Notes: generated from the letters alone by a model not told the origin. A stretch of 64,000 nucleotides of DNA from an uncultured Bacilli bacterium (GCA_944358675.1 CALVRN010000004.1:10276-74275), one strand, 5' to 3'. Shown: positions 8,740 to 18,902, counted from the first letter of the stretch. Program-made: numbers and translations.

Positions 8740-10122
8740 TTATCTTTTAGTTACTGATGATGTTCCACAGCCTTTAAACATATCAGTTGCACTAGCAGAA
8801 TTTAAGATTGCCCAGCCATCTCCAACGTAAATTGTTTTTAAATTTGAATTTCCAGAAAACATACTATTTAAATTAGAAACTTTTGCAATATCAAAACTAG
8901 TTATATCTAAGCTAGTTAAACTTGAGCAGTTTTCAAACATACTATTCATACTAGTTACTTCGCTAGTGTTAAAGCTGTTTAAATTTACATTTGTTAATTT
9001 AGTATTACTATAAAACATTTGACTCATATTTGTAACACTGGATGTGTCAAATGAACTCAAATCTAAATTATTAATATTAGAACAACCATAAAACATATTG
9101 CTCATGTTAGTCACTTTACTAGTATTGAAGTTATTAAAATTAATACTTGTAAGAGCTGTATTACCATAGAACATGTTTGACATGCTTGTTACATTAGATG
9201 TATTAAATGAGCTTAAATCAAGATTAGTTAAACTACTACATCCATAAAACATCGCATCCATATTAGTTGCAGTCATAGTATGAAGGTGCTGAAGAGTAGC
9301 TGTTTTTAAGGCAGTAAATCCATTAAATAAATAACTAGAATTGGCGTTTGCCATTACTCCACTATATCCACCAATATATAAATCATATTTAGAACTATCA
9401 CTAGAGTTAGGAACAACCCATGCCATTACTCCACCATCTTTGGCACTTGAAACATCCCAACTTGCTGTTGCTGTGGATGGAACTGTATTATTATCTAAGA
9501 AAGTTACACTTACTATGTTTGTTTTATATTGAGGTGCGTGAAAATCACTAGAAGCATTTTGGGCCCAACTTTGTAAAAGATTACTAATCACTGGTTCATC
9601 TGGATAAGCTCCAACTTCATCCATTGCTATAGTTGCATAAGTACCATTGTTAAATTCAGCAAATAATCTTCCTTTATTTAAAACAGTGTTTGTTTCTACT
9701 CTAGAAATAAATTCTCTCATTTTTTGATTTATATTAGTATCTTCTGTTGTTGAAACGTAATTTTTAATTATACTTATATCAGAATAAGTATAAATTATCT
9801 TTTTTGCATCCATCTTATTAATAAGATTATCACAAAAGCTATCAACAATACCTGCAGACATGTTACAAGAACCATTTTCAAAAACGATTACATATGGCTT
9901 TGACTCAGATAATTGTGTGGTTAAATTATAATTGTTATCTTTTAAATAATTAGCAACAGATGACAAATCGTAAATTGACTCAACATTATTATAATTATAA
10001 CTGTTTTTATAATTTGTGGTTAAATTACTAAATTGTACATAAAGTAATATTAATATCGTTAAAACAAAGGTTGATACAACCAATGATTCTGCAAGTAAAA
10101 AGCCCCTATTATTTATTTTCAT
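8740..10122 (-). CDS. Prepilin-like N-terminus fused to DUF285/BspA-type leucine-rich repeats (putative pilus-borne adhesin)
   Basis: MKINNRG|FLLAESLVV has Glu at +5. The C-terminal roughly 160 aa consist of about six repeats of the type MFYGCSSLTNLDLSSFNTSNVTSMSN. Confidence 0.75.
   Translation of the reverse strand: MKINNRGFLLAESLVVSTFVLTILILLYVQFSNLTTNYKNSYNYNNVESIYDLSSVANYLKDNNYNLTTQLSESKPYVIVFENGSCNMSAGIVDSFCDNLINKMDAKKIIYTYSDISIIKNYVSTTEDTNINQKMREFISRVETNTVLNKGRLFAEFNNGTYATIAMDEVGAYPDEPVISNLLQSWAQNASSDFHAPQYKTNIVSVTFLDNNTVPSTATASWDVSSAKDGGVMAWVVPNSSDSSKYDLYIGGYSGVMANANSSYLFNGFTALKTATLQHLHTMTATNMDAMFYGCSSLTNLDLSSFNTSNVTSMSNMFYGNTALTSINFNNFNTSKVTNMSNMFYGCSNINNLDLSSFDTSSVTNMSQMFYSNTKLTNVNLNSFNTSEVTSMNSMFENCSSLTSLDITSFDIAKVSNLNSMFSGNSNLKTIYVGDGWAILNSASATDMFKGCGTSSVTKR
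8802..9267 (-). repeat. Coding tandem repeats (about 25-aa DUF285/BspA LRR units)
   Basis: The periodic L(D/N)LSSF(N/D)TS.VT.M..MF pattern is visible in the translation and as recurring DNA words. Confidence 0.7.
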
Positions 10123-10228
10123 GATTTTTCTCCTTTTTATAATTGTTTTTATTCTAAATATATTATATAATATATCTAGGATAAAATCTAGTCCTAAAAA
10201 TAAAAGAAAGAAAGGTAGGCAAACATAT

Positions 10229-11593
10229 ATGATGAGAACATTTGACTTTGCAAAAATGCCAATAGTTGATATAATAAATGAAATTTTAGTTGATTCTTCA
10301 AAAAGAGGTGCGAGTGATATTCACTTTGATCCATATGAAGATCATTTACTTATTAGAATAAGAATTGATGGTGTTCTAATGGATTACGCATCAGTTCCTG
10401 ATGCTTATCGCGATTATTTAGTAACTCGCATTAAGACAATTTCTAAAATGAATATTACGGAGTCTAGGTTACCTCAAGATGGGGCAATTAAAGAGACATT
10501 AGAAGGTATTGATTTAGATTTACGTGTTTCTTCACTACCAGTTAGTACTGGTGAAAAAATTGTTATTCGTATTTTAGACTATACGAGAAGTATGGCAGGA
10601 TTAGATGAACTTGGCTTTAGCGAAGAAAATTATAAAAAGGTGCTTGAGATGATTGGGGTTCCAAATGGAATAATCTTAGTTACTGGAGCAACCGGTAGTG
10701 GTAAAAGTACAACTGTTTATTCTATGCTTCAGCACTTAAATACATCAGCAACCAATATTATTACTGTTGAAGACCCAATTGAAATGGATATAACTGGTAT
10801 TAACCAGGTTCAAACAAATTCAAAGATTGGTTTAACTTTTGCAACTGCTTTAAGATCTATTTTGAGACAAGACCCTAATATTATTATGATTGGTGAGATA
10901 CGTGATACAGAAACAGCAAAAATCGCTGTTCGTGCTTCTATTACTGGACACCTAGTATTATCTACATTACATACTAACACGGCTTTAAATACTATTGAAA
11001 GATTAATTGATATGGATGTCCAAAGATATTTACTAGCTTCAGCTTTAGAAGGAGTTATTTCTCAAAAATTAGCAAGACAATTATGTCCACACTGTAAAGT
11101 CAAAAGAAAAACTAGCGAATATGAAAGAATGGTTTTTAAATCAGTTTTAAATAAAGATATAGATGAAATATATGATACTGAAGGTTGTGAACATTGTCAT
11201 GATGGATATAGTGGTCGTATTGCTATTCACGAAGTTCTTAGAATCGATCAGGATATCCGTGATGCTTTAAGTAATGAAAAATCAAAAGAAGAGATTAGAA
11301 GATTGGTTTATGGAACAGGACATGTAACAACAATGCTTCAAGATGGATTAGAAAAAGTGGTTGAAGGTCTTACTACATTTGAAGAAATACTTAAATTAAT
11401 AGAACTTGAAGATGATGATAAAATAAGTAGTAATAGTGAATTAAAAGAAGCTATTATGGAGCAAAAAGAAAATTTAATGGCCGAAGAAAGAACTCAAGGT
11501 GAATACATGGGACAACGTGAAGAAAATACAAATAATGAAACAGACCAAAAAAACATCTACAGTTATGAAGATGTTGAAAGTTTAAATATTTAA
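10229..11593 (+). CDS. GspE/PilB/ComGA-family type IV pilus / competence pseudopilus assembly ATPase
   Basis: Walker A GATGSGKSTT, Asp box, tetracysteine CPHC...CEHC, and GEIRD. The ATG at 10229 behind AAAGGTAGG is preferred over the ORF-track start at 10121. It also has an unusual acidic C-terminal tail. Confidence 0.9.
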   Translation: MMRTFDFAKMPIVDIINEILVDSSKRGASDIHFDPYEDHLLIRIRIDGVLMDYASVPDAYRDYLVTRIKTISKMNITESRLPQDGAIKETLEGIDLDLRVSSLPVSTGEKIVIRILDYTRSMAGLDELGFSEENYKKVLEMIGVPNGIILVTGATGSGKSTTVYSMLQHLNTSATNIITVEDPIEMDITGINQVQTNSKIGLTFATALRSILRQDPNIIMIGEIRDTETAKIAVRASITGHLVLSTLHTNTALNTIERLIDMDVQRYLLASALEGVISQKLARQLCPHCKVKRKTSEYERMVFKSVLNKDIDEIYDTEGCEHCHDGYSGRIAIHEVLRIDQDIRDALSNEKSKEEIRRLVYGTGHVTTMLQDGLEKVVEGLTTFEEILKLIELEDDDKISSNSELKEAIMEQKENLMAEERTQGEYMGQREENTNNETDQKNIYSYEDVESLNI

Positions 11594-11618
11594 AACACAG
11601 CTTATTGAGCTGTGTTTT
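11592..11618. terminator. Bidirectional terminator between convergent genes
   Basis: AAAACACAGCT-tattg-AGCTGTGTTTT; it overlaps the last codons of 11602..12075. Confidence 0.7.
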
Positions 11619-12075
11619 CATATTTGGCAATTGCTTTTGCAGTAACGTTTTTTAAATCTCCTTTAGTTACTGCTGTAATGGTCCTAGTTTCATTAGGCTT
11701 TAAATTTTCACCGATGTTACCACGTAAAGTGATGACTTCATTACCATCTTTATCTTGTAATACAATATCGACATCACTTATATTACAATCAGTTGTAGTT
11801 GTATTTGTAACATCTGCGGTAAATGTGCTATAACCATCTTCTGTAATTAAAGAAATATTTGTAAATTTTAGGCCTTCATAGTTTTCTTCTTTAATAACTC
11901 CTTCTGAGGTGTTTGCGACAGTTTTAGGTGTTCCACTGGCTATTTTTTCTTTATCAAAACTAAATGATATAATAAGTCCTATAACTATTGCAACAATTGC
12001 AACAATTAGAATTATTAAAGGTAACCTGTTTTTTTTAATAAAATTAATAATTTCTTTTTTATTTATATTTCTCAT
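11602..12075 (-). CDS. Membrane-anchored small beta-rich protein, unknown function
   Basis: N-terminal TM helix and a C-terminal domain with the FTADVTNTT...ITAVTKGDLKNV pattern. Paralogous in pattern to 39441..39878. Confidence 0.6.
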   Translation of the reverse strand: MRNINKKEIINFIKKNRLPLIILIVAIVAIVIGLIISFSFDKEKIASGTPKTVANTSEGVIKEENYEGLKFTNISLITEDGYSTFTADVTNTTTTDCNISDVDIVLQDKDGNEVITLRGNIGENLKPNETRTITAVTKGDLKNVTAKAIAKYENTAQ

Positions 12076-12130
12076 TCAGTCCCCTACTTTCTTAATTTTA
12101 TTATAACTTATTTTGAGACCAAATTCAATA

Positions 12131-12568
12131 TTATAAATATTCTTTTAATTTTTCTATATATTCTTCACCAAATTTTCTTAAGGATTCGGCTAAATTCATG
12201 ACTTTTTTATCGGCTGTTTTTTCATAGTTATCAATGTGTTTTGTTAATTCTAAATTACCCATAGTTAGTCCTTGAATTAACATATCTGCAATATTAGCAT
12301 CACTATTATCACTAATCATTTCTTTTGTGATACTCATTTTAGACATAGCTTTAGCCATCATTCCTATAGGCTTTGCTTTTAGATCTTTTTTATTTAATAA
12401 TTTTTGAGTTTCTTTCGCATATTTTTCATAGTTTTTTTCGATTTCTTCTATTAGTTTTTTTATTTTGTTATCTTTTCCTTTTAAACTATTTATTAAATCT
12501 TTAGTACTTTCCATACCCATATTACTTGTTTGATAAATATACTCTAATATTTCTTCATTTTCATTCAT
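12131..12568 (-). CDS. Hypothetical all-helical protein
   Basis: 145-aa ORF with helical heptad-rich composition. I did not recognise a family. Confidence 0.5.
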   Translation of the reverse strand: MNENEEILEYIYQTSNMGMESTKDLINSLKGKDNKIKKLIEEIEKNYEKYAKETQKLLNKKDLKAKPIGMMAKAMSKMSITKEMISDNSDANIADMLIQGLTMGNLELTKHIDNYEKTADKKVMNLAESLRKFGEEYIEKLKEYL

Positions 12569-12627
12569 TTTATCATTCCTTTCAGCTTTATTATGTGTTT
12601 AGTTTACTGTTTTATACAAAAAAACAA

Positions 12628-12972
12628 TTACTTTTCGTGAGTAATTGTTAAAGTACATGGTTTAGCTTCTTTTCTAATTCTTGTTATTTCAATTTTGTTA
12701 CCGGTTATTTTTATTTTGTAATCTTTTGAATTAGAATAATTATTTTTTATTTTTTCTTTTAATTTGTTTATAAAAGTATTTTCATCAGAAATATGCGTAT
12801 TAAAGTGTCTTATGAAATTAGTTTGAAAAACATATATATCCATAGCAAGGGTTTCTTCGTTATCAATGTTTTTATTTATAAATTTTATTAGACCCCCAGT
12901 TACTCTACCATCTGATGATATTTGGTCAATATATTCGGTAGTTAAGTTAATTATTTTATTTATATTATCCAT
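12628..12972 (-). CDS. Hypothetical protein, last gene of the ogt-tag operon
   Basis: ATG at 12970-12972 behind GAAAGGAAAT overlaps the tag stop by 8 nt. The longer ORF-track start at 13047 would run inside tag. Confidence 0.5.
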   Translation of the reverse strand: MDNINKIINLTTEYIDQISSDGRVTGGLIKFINKNIDNEETLAMDIYVFQTNFIRHFNTHISDENTFINKLKEKIKNNYSNSKDYKIKITGNKIEITRIRKEAKPCTLTITHEK

Positions 12973-13519
12973 TTTGATTTCCTTTCTTATATTTAAAGCA
13001 GTTTTCATCATGAGAGTTGACGATGCCGATGGCTTGCAGGTAAGCATATATTATAGTTGTCCCAACGAAGGTCATACCTCTTTTTTTCAAATCTTTAGAT
13101 ATTTGATCTGAGAGTTTGGATGATGCTTTATTTGTTTCATATATTATTTTACCATTTGTAAAACCCCAAATATATTTAAAAAAGGAGCCATATTCCTTTT
13201 CAATTTTTTTAAATATTTTAGCATTATTAATAGATGCTTTTATTTTTAATTTATTTCTAACGATACCTTTATTTTCTTTTAATTCATTTATTTTTGCCTC
13301 ATCATAACAAATTATTTTATCAATATCAAAATTATCATAAGCATGTCTAAAATTTTCTCTTTTATTTAAAATACATTCCCAAGATAATCCTGCTTGAAAT
13401 GATTCTAAGATTAAAAGTTCAAACAGTTCTTTATCATCATAAGTAGGTTCTCCCCACTCTTCATCGTGGTATTTAACATAAAGCGGATTATCTAGATTAC
13501 ACCATTTACATCTTTGCAT
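12965..13519 (-). CDS. tag: DNA-3-methyladenine glycosylase I
   Basis: RCKWC....Y.KYHDEEWG, FELL.LE.FQAGLSW and VNSH...C are typical Tag motifs. Confidence 0.92.
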   Translation of the reverse strand: MQRCKWCNLDNPLYVKYHDEEWGEPTYDDKELFELLILESFQAGLSWECILNKRENFRHAYDNFDIDKIICYDEAKINELKENKGIVRNKLKIKASINNAKIFKKIEKEYGSFFKYIWGFTNGKIIYETNKASSKLSDQISKDLKKRGMTFVGTTIIYAYLQAIGIVNSHDENCFKYKKGNQNG

Positions 13520-14033
13520 ATTTGTCTCCTTTTGGTATTTTGTATTTTGTTATATCTAATCCTTCTAATTTTAATAATTTTATTTTAACATCTATTCCAC
13601 CAGTAAACCCTGTTAGATTGTTATCAGTACCCACTACTCTATGACAAGGGATAATGATTGGAATAGGATTATGGCCGATTGCACCACCTACAGCTCTAGC
13701 TGATGTTTTAGAGTTTATTTTTTGGGCTACAAAACCATAGGTTACAGTTTGACCATAGGAAATAGTTTTTAATGCATTCCAAACTTTTATTTGAAAAGGT
13801 GTGCCTTCTAGTTTTAATTTTAAATCATCTATATTAGGGTTTTCTTTATTAAAATATTTATCTAACCAAATTTTGGTTTGTTTAAATATCTCTAAGTTGT
13901 CATTTGTTTTAGCTTCTTTTTTTATATTCTGATAGTATGATTCTTTTTCTAATATGATATGAGTTAGATTTGTTCCATCACTAATTAAAGTTAGATTACC
14001 TATAACCGATTTATAGGTAGTTTTATATTTCAT
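13506..14033 (-). CDS. ogt: Methylated-DNA--protein-cysteine methyltransferase
   Basis: Active-site IIIPCHRVVG and upstream F..KVW..L..I.YG.T.TY motifs. Overlaps tag by 14 nt. Confidence 0.92.
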   Translation of the reverse strand: MKYKTTYKSVIGNLTLISDGTNLTHIILEKESYYQNIKKEAKTNDNLEIFKQTKIWLDKYFNKENPNIDDLKLKLEGTPFQIKVWNALKTISYGQTVTYGFVAQKINSKTSARAVGGAIGHNPIPIIIPCHRVVGTDNNLTGFTGGIDVKIKLLKLEGLDITKYKIPKGDKYAKM

Positions 14034-14101
14034 ATAAGCACCTCAAATAAATAATATGAAATTTTATAATTAAAGTCAAGAAAAGCATCTTTTTTAGATG
14101 C

Positions 14102-14929
14102 TTAACCAATGTTTATATCTCCATATTTAGTAACAGATGTTAAAGTGTAATTACCTAAATTAGATGAATTATTTATTTTTATTTCACCCCATTTGGTATC
14201 ACCTAAGGCTTTACCGTTTGAAAGTTTTTCGACAGTAATTTCCCCATATTTTGTTTCTAGTTTTGAATTATCTGTTAGAAATATGTTATTAATTTTTATA
14301 TCTCCATAAGTTGTTTTAATAGAGGTATAACCATTAATAGTACTAGCTTTTACTTCACCATAAGTGTTTTTTACGGTTAAAACGTTTGCGTTTTCCGTTA
14401 AAACATCACCATAGGTTGTTTCAATATTAATTCTACTTGCTTTATTTACAGTAATATCTCCAGTAGTAGATTTAACATTAATGTTGCCGTTTGTTTTTGC
14501 AATTTCTATATCACCATTATTATTTTTAACATTTAACTTTTTACTAAATGTTTTTGGTATATATATGATTAGATGTGGGCTTTTTTGAAGGCATATGCCA
14601 AAACATTTTTGCGCATCAAATTCAATGTTTAAAGTGTTTTCTTTTTGATTTATTTTAGGTTTTTCTTTTTCACTATAAACATCTATTTTTATTTTATCAT
14701 CTGAAGAGTTTTTAAATTCAATATCAGTATTTGTGATGTCTAGTTTAATTTCATTAAATATATTATCATAAGTTTTAGATAGAGTTAGGTTATCGCTTTG
14801 TCCTAGGCTTATAAATTTAACATTAATTAATGAGGGATTTAAGATTCCCCATATCATGATAGCTAGTAAACTTATAGTGCATAAAGATAAAAGGATTATT
14901 GATACGATGATTAATTTTTTATTCTTCAT
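14102..14929 (-). CDS. Membrane-anchored DUF4097-like (putative adhesin / beta-helical repeat) protein
   Basis: N-terminal TM helix, then repeated (N/T)..GDI.V / TYGD(I/V) strands typical of DUF4097 repeats. Confidence 0.65.
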   Translation of the reverse strand: MKNKKLIIVSIILLSLCTISLLAIMIWGILNPSLINVKFISLGQSDNLTLSKTYDNIFNEIKLDITNTDIEFKNSSDDKIKIDVYSEKEKPKINQKENTLNIEFDAQKCFGICLQKSPHLIIYIPKTFSKKLNVKNNNGDIEIAKTNGNINVKSTTGDITVNKASRINIETTYGDVLTENANVLTVKNTYGEVKASTINGYTSIKTTYGDIKINNIFLTDNSKLETKYGEITVEKLSNGKALGDTKWGEIKINNSSNLGNYTLTSVTKYGDINIG

Positions 14930-15548
14930 CTACGTCATTTCCTTTTAAGTTAAAAACTAGTTTTATTATTTGCATAATTAAAGCATAAATAATCCACATT
15001 ATCCAGGTTATGTGCCAAGCCATGGTTAAAAAACTAATAAACATATAAATGATGAGAGTTAGGAGTGCGAGTGCTTCATCGATGGTTTTATATAAGTTAT
15101 TTTCTTTTGTTTTTATTTTAATTTTTTTAGTTTCTTTATTATCATAAACCATGCTTGTATAAATGATTATGCCAGTTGCGATGGCGATAATAATTAAGAA
15201 TAAACAAATACCTAATATTTCTAAATCTTTTATGTTACCAAAGATAATTACAAATACAACTGATAAAATATATAGACTTACTGATATAGAATACATGAAA
15301 GCTTTTTTCTTTTGAATTTCTCTTTTAAATTCATGAGGAGTTTGCTCTTTTTTATTGCCTGTTAATAGTTCATCAGTAGTTATTCCATATAAGTTACATA
15401 GCGGAACTATTTTATCAAAGTCTGGGGTTGTCCCGCCTGTTTCCCACTTACTAACTGTTTGCCGGCTAACATTTAATATATTAGCTACTTCTTCTTGTGA
15501 TAGATTTTTTTCTTTTCTTAGTTCATATAATTTTTCTCCTAATTTCAT
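14919..15548 (-). CDS. XRE-family HTH regulator with C-terminal transmembrane segments
   Basis: N-terminal LSQEEVANILNVSRQTVSKWETG, followed by 3-4 hydrophobic helices. Confidence 0.85.
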   Translation of the reverse strand: MKLGEKLYELRKEKNLSQEEVANILNVSRQTVSKWETGGTTPDFDKIVPLCNLYGITTDELLTGNKKEQTPHEFKREIQKKKAFMYSISVSLYILSVVFVIIFGNIKDLEILGICLFLIIIAIATGIIIYTSMVYDNKETKKIKIKTKENNLYKTIDEALALLTLIIYMFISFLTMAWHITWIMWIIYALIMQIIKLVFNLKGNDVDEE

Positions 15549-15664
15549 TTTTTCACCTCGAGATAATTTTATAATGAAACGTGTTTACAATACTAGCATT
15601 TTCACTTTGCAATTTGTCAACTAAGTTTAACATTGTTTGTTTTCCCTTTAAATATAAGGGTGTT

Positions 15665-17242
15665 TTATGCTCTTAATTTAAAGGTTTTTGGAGCTTTATT
15701 ATAAACTAAAATTAAAGCAATTATACAGTATAAAATACTAAATATGATGGTTGCTAGTCCAAAATAAAAGGTTGGTAGTTTTTCTCCGATAAAGAAATAA
15801 CATACAAAGTAAGTTAAACCTTGGACTAGTGAATAAGTACTACTTTTCATTTCTGTGTTTACGTTATATGGCTGTAAAAGATAATACATAACTAAATAAT
15901 GAACTGAGAAAAAGATACTCATGGCTAAGATAGATACAAATATGATGACATAGTTTAATGGTTCGGCCACTCCTCCAGATAAATATAGAAGTAAGGTTAA
16001 TCCCCCACCGATTAGGAGTGCTGGAATTAGATTTAAGGAAATTAAAGTTTTTAATCTTTCTTTAAAGACACCTAATATTACTTTTGGAGTTCTATAAATT
16101 CTATATGTCAGCATACTATGATCACAGTTCATAAACATAGCCTGAGTTACAGTGGTTCCACGGTTTAAGATATACATAACAAAGACAAAGTATGGTAAAT
16201 AAACTAGTAATAAGGCATTTAGGCCTTCGGCTACTGTTTTATTTTTTAAGGTGAGAACTATCAAAATAGCAAATATTAAAGTGATAACAATTGATTGTTT
16301 TTTAATAGCTTTAGTTAATATTTTGCTATGTCTTTTAACAAATAGTTCGTGGAAGTAGGCAAATCCATGTTTATTACTTTTAAAGTTTTTGTCTAGTTCG
16401 ATTTGCTTAGAAACATTTTCTTTAATGGCTTTTGTACTACTAGCATTTTCGACTGCATATACATTTTCGTTTGTTAAGATTTGTTTATACATTTGTTTAT
16501 ATTTATCAAATGAATTGATTACTTTAATACTTAAAAGGCCAGTGATTAAACTTATGATAAAACAAATAATGAAGATAAATGGATTAATTACAATTTTAAA
16601 ATAAGGCATTCCATAAGCACATAAAAGTAATATTCCAATTACTAGCCAAGTTAGTTTATTTAATAAGTTTTCATTTTTAGCTATTTTAGTTTTTTTAAAA
16701 TCAGTTATAACATAGGCACTGAAAGTTATTTTTACCATAACGACAAAAATAGGCATAATTATGCATAGCCAAAGTGGAACTTTTAACATTAAACCAAAGA
16801 TTATGGTAAAGGGCATAAAACCGATGAAGGTTTTTAGCATGGCATATATATAATTAGACAATGTGTATTTTTTGGCATCCATATTCATAATCATCATAGC
16901 ATAATATTTATCTTTAGTTGGGTTAAACATATAAGTGTTCATAATGCCACCAATGATGGTTAAAAATAAGAATATATGTATAAAAGTATTGACATTATTT
17001 AGTTTAAATACTGGAAGCATGGCAAAGATGCAGAAGAATATGTATAGAAATTTACCTAAGAAAATCGTGCATAATTCCATAATTATACTGACAATATTAC
17101 CAATGATTTTTAAGGCTTTATTTTTATATAAGCTTTCAGGTAATATTTTTCTTATTATTGGCAATTGTTTAATCGAATAAATAACACTATTGACACGGTA
17201 TGTGTTTTTTAATTTAAAGGAAGTAATAAATGCTTCTAACAT
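15665..17242 (-). CDS. Polytopic membrane protein, putative permease partner of the upstream ABC ATPase
   Basis: 525 aa with many TM helices. Starts 2 nt after the ABC ATPase stop. Confidence 0.6.
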   Translation of the reverse strand: MLEAFITSFKLKNTYRVNSVIYSIKQLPIIRKILPESLYKNKALKIIGNIVSIIMELCTIFLGKFLYIFFCIFAMLPVFKLNNVNTFIHIFLFLTIIGGIMNTYMFNPTKDKYYAMMIMNMDAKKYTLSNYIYAMLKTFIGFMPFTIIFGLMLKVPLWLCIIMPIFVVMVKITFSAYVITDFKKTKIAKNENLLNKLTWLVIGILLLCAYGMPYFKIVINPFIFIICFIISLITGLLSIKVINSFDKYKQMYKQILTNENVYAVENASSTKAIKENVSKQIELDKNFKSNKHGFAYFHELFVKRHSKILTKAIKKQSIVITLIFAILIVLTLKNKTVAEGLNALLLVYLPYFVFVMYILNRGTTVTQAMFMNCDHSMLTYRIYRTPKVILGVFKERLKTLISLNLIPALLIGGGLTLLLYLSGGVAEPLNYVIIFVSILAMSIFFSVHYLVMYYLLQPYNVNTEMKSSTYSLVQGLTYFVCYFFIGEKLPTFYFGLATIIFSILYCIIALILVYNKAPKTFKLRA

Positions 17243-17243
17243 A

Positions 17244-17939
17244 TTATTCCTCCTTTAGGGCTTCAATTATTTTGTTTTTGAAGCTTTCAGTGTCTAGATT
17301 ATCTTTGGTTATCTCTTTTAAAATGCCTTTATTTAAAACAACTATTTCATCACATAAGTCTAAAGCTAGTTCCATAATATGGGTTGAGAAAATAATGATA
17401 TGATCTTTTTTTATATTTTTAAACATCTGTTTCATTTCTTCTTGGGCTACAACATCAAATGAGGTTAATGGTTCATCTAACAGTAAAATATTTGGTCCGG
17501 CTATGATGTTTACTAACATCTGCATTTTGTTTTTCATGCCGTGAGAGTAGTCTTTCATAAGTTTGTCTCTATCTTCTTTTTCTATCTGCATGAAATCAAA
17601 GTATTCATCAATATCTTTTTCATTTTGAATATGATTTTTATTTATTTCGATGAAGAATTTTAAGAATTCTCTTCCGGTTAAAAACTCTGGAACATTGGGT
17701 GTAGATAAAACGTATCCAATATCTTCTGGTTTAATTTTTCTATCTACTTCATCATTTATATAAAATTCGCCACCATCTAACTCTAAGTCTTCATTTAGAC
17801 AGTTAAATAAGGTGGTTTTACCGGCACCGTTTCGCCCAAGTAAACCATAGATTTTTCCTTTTTCAAATTCAAAGTTTATATCTTTTAAAACTTCTTTTTT
17901 TTCAAAATTTTTCTTTAAATGTTTAATAACTAATTTCAT
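17244..17939 (-). CDS. ABC transporter ATP-binding protein
   Basis: Walker A GRNGAGKTT, signature-like YSHGMKNK, and Walker B LLLDEP. Confidence 0.9.
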   Translation of the reverse strand: MKLVIKHLKKNFEKKEVLKDINFEFEKGKIYGLLGRNGAGKTTLFNCLNEDLELDGGEFYINDEVDRKIKPEDIGYVLSTPNVPEFLTGREFLKFFIEINKNHIQNEKDIDEYFDFMQIEKEDRDKLMKDYSHGMKNKMQMLVNIIAGPNILLLDEPLTSFDVVAQEEMKQMFKNIKKDHIIIFSTHIMELALDLCDEIVVLNKGILKEITKDNLDTESFKNKIIEALKEE

Positions 17940-18040
17940 GTGTACCTCCTACTATTTCACATCTATTTCATTATACATTATGGGTATATGTTTGACAATA
18001 ATTTTTGATAAGAAAAAAATTCTAGATTTTTTCTAGAATT

Positions 18041-18772
18041 TTAATTAAAACTATTTTCATAAATATCTAAAAACGCGCTGACAAATCTTGCCTCTTCTTT
18101 TGCTTTCTTTGTTCCTTTAGTTACTTGCCAGCCATAGGTTTTATAATCTTTATAAGTGAAGTTAGTAAGTGGAAGTAAATTGAATTCATCTTTAATTAAT
18201 CTAATGCCTTCAGAATAATTCTTTTTTAGTCTAACAAAGGCTTTACTTGGGTTTTTGAAAACAGCCATGCCATATTTATTAGCTCCTATATCGAAGTCGA
18301 TACTTATTTTACCAAATTCATTTATGTCGACATCACCTTTTATGTTACTTTCACCACTGATGTAAACCTGAGTGTATTTTAAATTATCGTCATAGGCAAA
18401 GCCATATTTTACGAGTAACATTTTACCAATTAATATAAGAAAGAATATTGTCAATATAACAACAATTGTGATAAGAATTTTTCTTTTATTTTTCCCATTA
18501 TAATTTAGTTTTAAAAGTTCTAAAAGATTTTTTTCAGATTCTTTTTTTATATCTTTTTCTTTGATTTTCTCACCAGCAAAAAGTTCATTTAAAGAAATAC
18601 CTAAAATATTGCATAGATCTTGCATAATTGAAATATCAGGCATACTTCTTCCGTTTTCCCACTTACTAACTGCTTTATAGGATACATTTAATTTTTCTCC
18701 GAGCTTTGCTTGGGTTAAATTTTTTTCTTTTCGGCTCCTTGCAATAAACTTACCTATTTTTTCTTGATTCAT
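18041..18772 (-). CDS. XRE-family HTH regulator with a single TM helix and an extracytoplasmic domain
   Basis: LTQAKLGEKLNVSYKAVSKWENG, followed by the TM segment ILITIVVILTIFFLILIG. Confidence 0.85.
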   Translation of the reverse strand: MNQEKIGKFIARSRKEKNLTQAKLGEKLNVSYKAVSKWENGRSMPDISIMQDLCNILGISLNELFAGEKIKEKDIKKESEKNLLELLKLNYNGKNKRKILITIVVILTIFFLILIGKMLLVKYGFAYDDNLKYTQVYISGESNIKGDVDINEFGKISIDFDIGANKYGMAVFKNPSKAFVRLKKNYSEGIRLIKDEFNLLPLTNFTYKDYKTYGWQVTKGTKKAKEEARFVSAFLDIYENSFN

Positions 18773-18873
18773 AGTCTTCTCTCCTTTTGACTACATTATA
18801 AAACAGTTTTTATTTTTTTGAACACCTACTGGTGGTAGAGTTTTTACAAATTAATAAAAATAACGTATTGTTA

Positions 18874-18902
18874 TTGTAATTGGTGTCATGGTTTGTTATA
18901 CT
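18874..18902 (+). promoter_or_regulatory. Sigma-A-type promoter of small-peptide module copy 1
   Basis: TTGTAA-17 nt-TATACT. Same architecture and flanks as 32582..32610. Confidence 0.6.

Noticed and set aside
8802-9267. Regularly spaced DNA repeats that might suggest a CRISPR-like or satellite array.
   Set aside because: The periodicity is about 75 nt, lies in frame, and encodes LRR units of a long ORF. There are no unique spacers and no cas genes.
10121-10228. N-terminal 36-codon extension of the GspE ATPase in the ORF track.
   Set aside because: The extension is hydrophobic or basic junk overlapping the divergent pilin promoter region. The ATG at 10229 has an SD, and the protein then begins like ComGA/PilB core domains.
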